This document shows positions 17,538 through 24,699 of a DNA stretch of 24,699 nucleotides, one piece after another. The first letter of the stretch is position 1, and every line of letters starts with the position of its first letter. The position numbers were made by a program, and so were the translations under genes. Source of the stretch: Chloroflexota bacterium (lineage in GTDB: Bacteria; Chloroflexota; Dehalococcoidia; Dehalococcoidales; RBG-16-60-22); contig VGOH01000001.1 of assembly GCA_016875955.1 (NCBI GenBank), positions 1 to 24,699 on the forward strand, in the 5' to 3' direction. The notes under the pieces were generated by a model that was not told where the DNA came from, did not search any database, and worked only from the letters and a program-made list of their open reading frames with translations.

Positions 17538-18942
17538 GAGTCTGGTGACCATTGATGACCTTTCCTGTGGCGAGATTGAAGCCCTCTTCAAGCTGGCGGA
17601 CGAGATGGCCGGGGCCATGGATGAGCAGTACGGGCTGTGCCAGGGCAAGATTATGGCCAGCCTCTTCTTTGAACCGAGCACCCGGACCAGGCTCTCCTTT
17701 GAGACGGCGATGCACCGTCTCGGCGGGAGCGTTATCACCGCCGCCGACGTGGGGGCAACCTCGCTGGCCAAGGGCGAGAGCATCGCCGATATGGCCAGGG
17801 TGGTCGGCAGCTACGTTGACATGATTGTCATCCGCCACCCCTGGGAAGGCGCGGCCAGGGTGGTGGCTGATTACGCCGGTGTGCCGGTCATCAATGCTGG
17901 CGATGGCGGTCACCAGCACCCCACCCAGACGCTGCTCGACCTCTACACCATAAATAAGGAGAAGAAGACCTTAAAAGGGCTGAAAATCGGGCTGTGGGGC
18001 GACCTGAAGTACGGGCGGACGATACACTCGCTGATTTTCGCCCTAGCCAAGTTCGGGGCCAATATACTCTTCTACCCCACCCGGGGGCTGGAGGTGCCTG
18101 AGCATGTGCTGGAAAAACTCACCACTGAATACGGCGGCGAACTGGAAAAATTTACCGCGCGTGACACAACAGCGAAAGAAAAGCTGTTCCCCCTTGATGC
18201 GGTTTACCTGACGCCGAGCAGTCCCCACCAGCTGGCCATGATGCCCGACGTAAATATCCAGGTTGAACTGAAGACGGGAATCGATGCCCTCTACGTTACC
18301 CGACCCCAGAAGGAGCGGTTCACCGCCGCCGAGAAAGGCAAAGAGCCGAAAGAGCAGTCCCCCGTGGTGGACAAGAAACTGCTCAAGGGCAAGGAGTTTA
18401 AAAAGACGCTGGTGATGCACCCGCTGCCCCGCGTTGATGAGCTGGCCCGGGAGCTTGATGCTGACCCGAGGAGCATGTACTTCAAGCAGGCGGCGCGCGG
18501 GGTACCAGTGCGGATGGCGCTAATCGCCCTGCTGCTGGGGTTGAAAGACGTGGCCATATCACCGGAAAAAACACCGCCAATTACATATCCTTTTTACCGT
18601 CGCGATTACGGCCCTAGATGCTCCAACCCGCGCTGTGTCTCGGTGCAGGGAACGGAAATCAAATATCTCCGGCCCGAATATAAAATCGTCAACCGCAGAC
18701 CGCTTACCCTGCGCTGCACGTACTGCGAACACGGCTTTGAGCCGGAATATGTCGCCAGCTCCGACTGGCACGAGGGCAAAACGGCGACCAAGAAGTATCA
18801 CAGCGCGTCAAGCCACTGGGCAAGAAAAATAAGGCCCGAGAACCTGATTGTCTTTCGCTCCAACCAGGATGCAGAGACCCTCGGCTTCAAACCAAGCCGA
18901 TATGTTAAAGTACGGCGTCGCAGAAAGGGCACGCAGCAATGA
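17521..18942 (+). CDS. pyrB: Aspartate carbamoyltransferase fused to a PyrI zinc domain and an Ada-like domain, 473 aa. Start is ATG 17521 rather than the track's 17146.
   Basis: [34 protein letters not shown], and MHPLP. C-terminal CSNPRC...RCTYC. AGGAGGGG SD at ~17511-17518. Confidence 0.93.
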   Translation: MTLANRSLVTIDDLSCGEIEALFKLADEMAGAMDEQYGLCQGKIMASLFFEPSTRTRLSFETAMHRLGGSVITAADVGATSLAKGESIADMARVVGSYVDMIVIRHPWEGAARVVADYAGVPVINAGDGGHQHPTQTLLDLYTINKEKKTLKGLKIGLWGDLKYGRTIHSLIFALAKFGANILFYPTRGLEVPEHVLEKLTTEYGGELEKFTARDTTAKEKLFPLDAVYLTPSSPHQLAMMPDVNIQVELKTGIDALYVTRPQKERFTAAEKGKEPKEQSPVVDKKLLKGKEFKKTLVMHPLPRVDELARELDADPRSMYFKQAARGVPVRMALIALLLGLKDVAISPEKTPPITYPFYRRDYGPRCSNPRCVSVQGTEIKYLRPEYKIVNRRPLTLRCTYCEHGFEPEYVASSDWHEGKTATKKYHSASSHWARKIRPENLIVFRSNQDAETLGFKPSRYVKVRRRRKGTQQ

Positions 18943-20243
18943 GAGCACTGCTTATTAAAGACGGCCGGATTATTGACCCCGGCCAGGGCATAGACGAGCG
19001 GGGCAGCCTGCTGCTCAGCGAGGGAAAAATAGCCTGGCGGGGAGCATCCCCACCCCAGGCTGATTATGACATTTTGTATGCGGAAGGGATGGTGGTCTGC
19101 CCGGGCTTCGTTGACCTGCACTGCCACCTCAGGCAGCCCGGTTTTGACCAGAAGGAGACTATCGCCACCGGCACCCGGGCGGCAGCGCGGGGAGGCTTCA
19201 CCACTGTCTGCTGCATGCCCAATACCAATCCCGCGCTGGACAGCCGGGAAACGATAGAGTATGTCAAAGCCGAAGCCGGGAAATCGGCGGCTATCCGGGT
19301 GCTGCCTATCGGCTGCGTGACTAAAGACAGAAAAGGAGAAGAGCTCGCTGACATGGCGGCCCTGGCGGGGGCGGGAGCCATCGGTTTCAGCGATGACGGC
19401 AGCCCGGTGAAAGACCCGGAGCTAATGCGCCAGGCGCTGGCCAAAAGCCAGGAGCTGGACCTGCCGGTGATAGACCACTGTGAGGAGCCTTCGCTCATTG
19501 AGGGCGGGCAGATGAACGAGGGAGAGCTTGCCCGGCGACTCGGCCTGCGCGGCATACCGCCGACTTCCGAGGAAATCATGGTGTCGCGGGATATCATGCT
19601 GGCCAGGATGACCGGCGGGCACGTGCACATCGCCCACGTCAGCACGCTGGGCGCGGTGGCCCTCATCCGCGACGGCAAAAAGCAGGGAGTGGCCGTGACC
19701 GCCGAGGTCACCCCCCACCACCTCACCCTCACCGAGGAAGAGTGCAACGGCTACAACACCAACGCCAAGGTCGCGCCGCCGCTGCGCACGCGACGTGACA
19801 ACCAGTCGCTGCTCAGGGGGCTGAAAGACGGCACCATTGATATCATCGCCACCGACCATGCTCCACACGCCAGAGCAGACAAAGAGTGCGATTTTGCCAA
19901 GGCGGCCTTTGGCATCAGCAACTTTGAGACGGCGCTGGGCAGCCTGCTCAACATGGTACACGGCGGCCAGCTCGCCCTGAATATGCTCATCGCCAGGCTC
20001 ACCTGCGACCCGGCGAAATTTTTGAAAAATGAAATGCTGGGCACGCTGAAAATCAATACGCCGGCGGATATCACCATCTTTGACCCGTATAAAGAGTGGC
20101 CGGTGGACCCGGAAGCCTTTGCCTCCAAGGGGAAGAATACGCCCCTTGCCGGCCGCGTGCTCAAGGGTAAGACGATGGCCACCATCTATGGCGGCAGGCT
20201 GGTCTATAAAGACGAATCCATTACGTTTATCGGGGAGTTGTAG
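18939..20243 (+). CDS. pyrC: Dihydroorotase (type I, multifunctional-complex type), 434 aa
   Basis: PGFVDLHCHLRQPG, GGFTTVCCMPNT, FSDDG, DHCE, HIAHVS, EVTPHHL, ATDHAPH, and SKGKNTP. ATGA overlap with pyrB. Confidence 0.96.
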   Translation: MRALLIKDGRIIDPGQGIDERGSLLLSEGKIAWRGASPPQADYDILYAEGMVVCPGFVDLHCHLRQPGFDQKETIATGTRAAARGGFTTVCCMPNTNPALDSRETIEYVKAEAGKSAAIRVLPIGCVTKDRKGEELADMAALAGAGAIGFSDDGSPVKDPELMRQALAKSQELDLPVIDHCEEPSLIEGGQMNEGELARRLGLRGIPPTSEEIMVSRDIMLARMTGGHVHIAHVSTLGAVALIRDGKKQGVAVTAEVTPHHLTLTEEECNGYNTNAKVAPPLRTRRDNQSLLRGLKDGTIDIIATDHAPHARADKECDFAKAAFGISNFETALGSLLNMVHGGQLALNMLIARLTCDPAKFLKNEMLGTLKINTPADITIFDPYKEWPVDPEAFASKGKNTPLAGRVLKGKTMATIYGGRLVYKDESITFIGEL

Positions 20244-20295
20244 ATTGACAGGACTACAAAACGGGGTGTCAAAGAGGAGATGAATTTTAGAATCA

Positions 20296-20389
20296 GGGGC
20301 GTTTAAGAGGGGTGAAACCCCTCTTCCCTAAAACCTCCCCCTCTCCTTTGCAGGAGAGGGGGACACAGGGGGTGAGGTAGATAAACAAA
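20296..20389. repeat. Palindromic REP-like element, cluster C
   Basis: AAGAGGGGT-GAA-ACCCCTCTT (20305-20325) and an 11-bp hairpin 20336-20346/20353-20363. 20355-20376 is the exact 22-nt reverse complement of 13045-13066. Confidence 0.85.
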
Positions 20390-20395
20390 AAGACT

Positions 20396-21505
20396 TTGCT
20401 GGTCCTGGCCAACGGCTCAGTTTATGAAGGGCTTTCCTTCGGCGCCGAGGTTGACGCCTACGGCGAGGTGGTCTTCAACACCAGCATGATTGGCTACCAG
20501 GAGATGCTGACCGACCCCTCTTATGCCGGGCAGATAGTCGTGCCCACGTACCCGCTAATCGGCAACTACGGCACCAGCCCGCATGACGTTGAGTCAAATA
20601 AAATCCAGGTCAGGGGTTTTGTAATTAGAGAGGGGTGCACACAGCCCAACCACTACCTGAACCAGAAGACGCTGCACGACTACCTCTCTGAAAGCAATAT
20701 CCCCGGCCTGCACGGCATTGACACGCGGTCGCTCACCCGCAAGCTGCGCGCCTACGGGGTGATGATGGGCTACCTCACCAGCGAGAAGTCACCAGAGGAG
20801 GCTCTGGCGGCACTCAAAAGGCTGCCCGACTATGGCAGCGTTGACTTCGTGCGGAAGGTATCCACTGACGCCCCCTACCCCTGGGAGCCGGAGGCTGACG
20901 ACAAAGACCGGCCCCACGTGGTCGTGCTGGACTGCGGCCTGAAGTACAACATTTTGAGACTTTTGAAAAAGCAGGGCTGCCGCGTCACCGCCGTGCCCTG
21001 CACTACCTCCGCCGCTGACATTTTGAAAATGAAGCCCGACGGCATTCTGCTGTCCCCCGGCCCCGGCGACCCCGAGCTTTTGGATTATATCGTGGCGACG
21101 GTGAGGGGGCTTATCGGGAAAAAGCCTATTATGGGCATCTGCCTGGGGAACCAGCTCATCGCCCGCGCCTTCGGCGGGAAAAACTTTAAATTAAAGTTCG
21201 GCCACCGCGGCGGCAACCACCCGGTCAGGGACTTAAAAAATGGCCGGATACACATCACCGCCCAGAACCACGGCTACGCCGTTGACCCGGACACGCTGAA
21301 GGACGGCCTTGAGGTAACGCACATTAATTTAAATGACGGCACGGTGGAGGGTTTAAAACACAGGGAGCTGCCCATCTTCTGCGTCCAGTACCACAGTGAG
21401 GCCTCCCCCGGCCCCCTGGATAATACCTATCTCTTTGAGGACTTTATGAAGATGGTGAAGGGGGAAATCCCCCTTTGTCCCCCTTTACGAAAGGGGGAAA
21501 CATGA
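20396..21505 (+). CDS. carA: Carbamoyl-phosphate synthase small (glutaminase) subunit. Start uncertain: TTG 20396 or ATA 20381.
   Basis: GEVVFNTSMIGYQE.LTDPSY, GIDTR, LSPGPGDP, catalytic GICLGNQ, FGHRGGNHPV, AQNHGYAV, and VQYHSEASPGP. Confidence 0.96.
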   Translation: MLVLANGSVYEGLSFGAEVDAYGEVVFNTSMIGYQEMLTDPSYAGQIVVPTYPLIGNYGTSPHDVESNKIQVRGFVIREGCTQPNHYLNQKTLHDYLSESNIPGLHGIDTRSLTRKLRAYGVMMGYLTSEKSPEEALAALKRLPDYGSVDFVRKVSTDAPYPWEPEADDKDRPHVVVLDCGLKYNILRLLKKQGCRVTAVPCTTSAADILKMKPDGILLSPGPGDPELLDYIVATVRGLIGKKPIMGICLGNQLIARAFGGKNFKLKFGHRGGNHPVRDLKNGRIHITAQNHGYAVDPDTLKDGLEVTHINLNDGTVEGLKHRELPIFCVQYHSEASPGPLDNTYLFEDFMKMVKGEIPLCPPLRKGET

Positions 21506-21565
21506 TAGCTTCTCCCTTTGGTAAAGGGAGAGCGAGAGGGATTTCAACCAAAGGGGGTGAGGTAG
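21458..21565. repeat. Palindromic REP-like element, cluster D, overlapping the carA 3' end
   Basis: Hairpins 21478-21486/21490-21498 and 21511-21519/21523-21531. 21516-21529 is identical to 13257-13270. Ends in GGGGGTGAGGTAG like cluster C. Confidence 0.85.
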
Positions 21566-21586
21566 AGATGGCGAAGGAGGGATAAT

Positions 21587-22430
21587 ATGTCTATCGCGGA
21601 AAATAGCGGTAAATTAAAGGAACTAAAAGTGTTCCTGAAGGACCTTAAATCCTACCAGAAACTACTAAACTCTAATACAGGACTTTCGCCGATTCAGCAA
21701 GGCCGGAAAGAGGGTCTACGGTGTAAGCTCCTAGAGAGACGGGGACCACTTGGGCGAACAATAGTTTCGTTAACCGGAAAGGGACTCTTGAGAACACCAC
21801 AATGGGGCAGAACCACTAACATGTGGGATGATGGCCTAAGTACCTCCAACCTAAGGAACAGCGAGGCACTTAAGTTTTGCATAGATGCTACAATTGAGGC
21901 TATTGGTACACTAAAGTCAGACATTGACAAGGGTGTTAGAGACGAACAAGGAAACTTAATAGATAAAGAGAGCACTAAGGAAAGCCTTACTCCAAAAGCC
22001 TTCATTGCCCATGAGGGAGAAACAAGGGCATTAAATATGTTAAAGGAGTTCTTGGAAGCTCTGGAGATTCAATATTTTATTGCAGAGTCAAAGGCAAGTA
22101 ATGGCAGGAGCATAGAAAAACAAGTTGATTGGACGCAAGAACTAGCTGACTTCGCAATTATCCTAGCCACGAAGGGGAAAGCAATAAACAGAAAAACTGG
22201 TAAGCATTATATGGGCCTTAACGTGGCAGATGAATTAGGTAGGGCTCGGCAGGTCTACGGAAATCATATTATCTTGTTAGTACAAAAAGGAGTTGAAGTA
22301 CATACCAATATAAGAGAAATCGTTCACGAGAATTTCACAACGACCAACATGGAAGTTGCGTTTATCAAGATAATTAAAGAGCTTAAAAATTGGGGATATA
22401 TAACAATAGGGAAGCTACAGGAGTACTCAC

Positions 22431-22450
<20 letters not shown>
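21587..22450 (+). CDS. Protein with an unknown N-terminal domain and a C-terminal TIR-like nucleotide-binding domain (Cap12/Pycsar TIR type), 287 aa
   Basis: KAFIAHEG...[13 protein letters not shown]...GRSIEK...DFAIILAT...NVADELG (putative catalytic Glu216). AAGGAGGG SD. Roughly 40% GC in hand-counted lines, against 60% or more in flanking genes. Confidence 0.72.

Positions 22451-24699
<2,249 letters not shown>

Noticed and set aside
20245-20275. Internal promoter from TTGACA after pyrC
   Set aside because: No acceptable -10 hexamer 16-18 nt downstream.
20372-20380. In-frame GTG-AGG-TAG before carA as amber read-through (pyrrolysine)
   Set aside because: The triplets are part of the repeat end motif also found at 21557-21565, and no pyl genes are in the window.

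Overview
This is a GC-rich bacterial chromosomal window with no rRNA, tRNA, CRISPR array or transposase. Gene content and protein style suggest Chloroflexota, class Dehalococcoidia (inference). It has four blocks. (1) 1-8309 is a type IV pilus locus: two tandem near-identical pilins (+) converge on a minus-strand cluster of a coiled-coil/DivIVA-like protein, pilB, pilC, a 2-TM hypothetical, a PilO-like protein and a PilM-PilN fusion. (2) 8732-12990 carries a SurA/PrsA-like foldase, hom, thrC and folE. (3) 13386-16595 carries gyrB and an AT-rich DUF433/PIN (VapB45/VapC45-like) toxin-antitoxin pair with a Gram-positive-type LexA box in its promoter. (4) 16797-end is a PyrR-attenuated pyr operon (pyrR, fused pyrB, pyrC, carA, carB) with an AT-rich TIR-like gene between carA and carB. 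carB (22431 to window end) is missing from the ORF track. Top observations: the PilO-like protein carries a headless copy of the local major pilin globular domain inserted in its fold; the ATCase is fused to the PyrI zinc domain alone plus a cysteine-free Ada-like domain; and a mosaic palindromic repeat family occurs four times, supplying CarA's C-terminus and probably its ribosome-binding site. Family calls come from motif recognition, not database searches.
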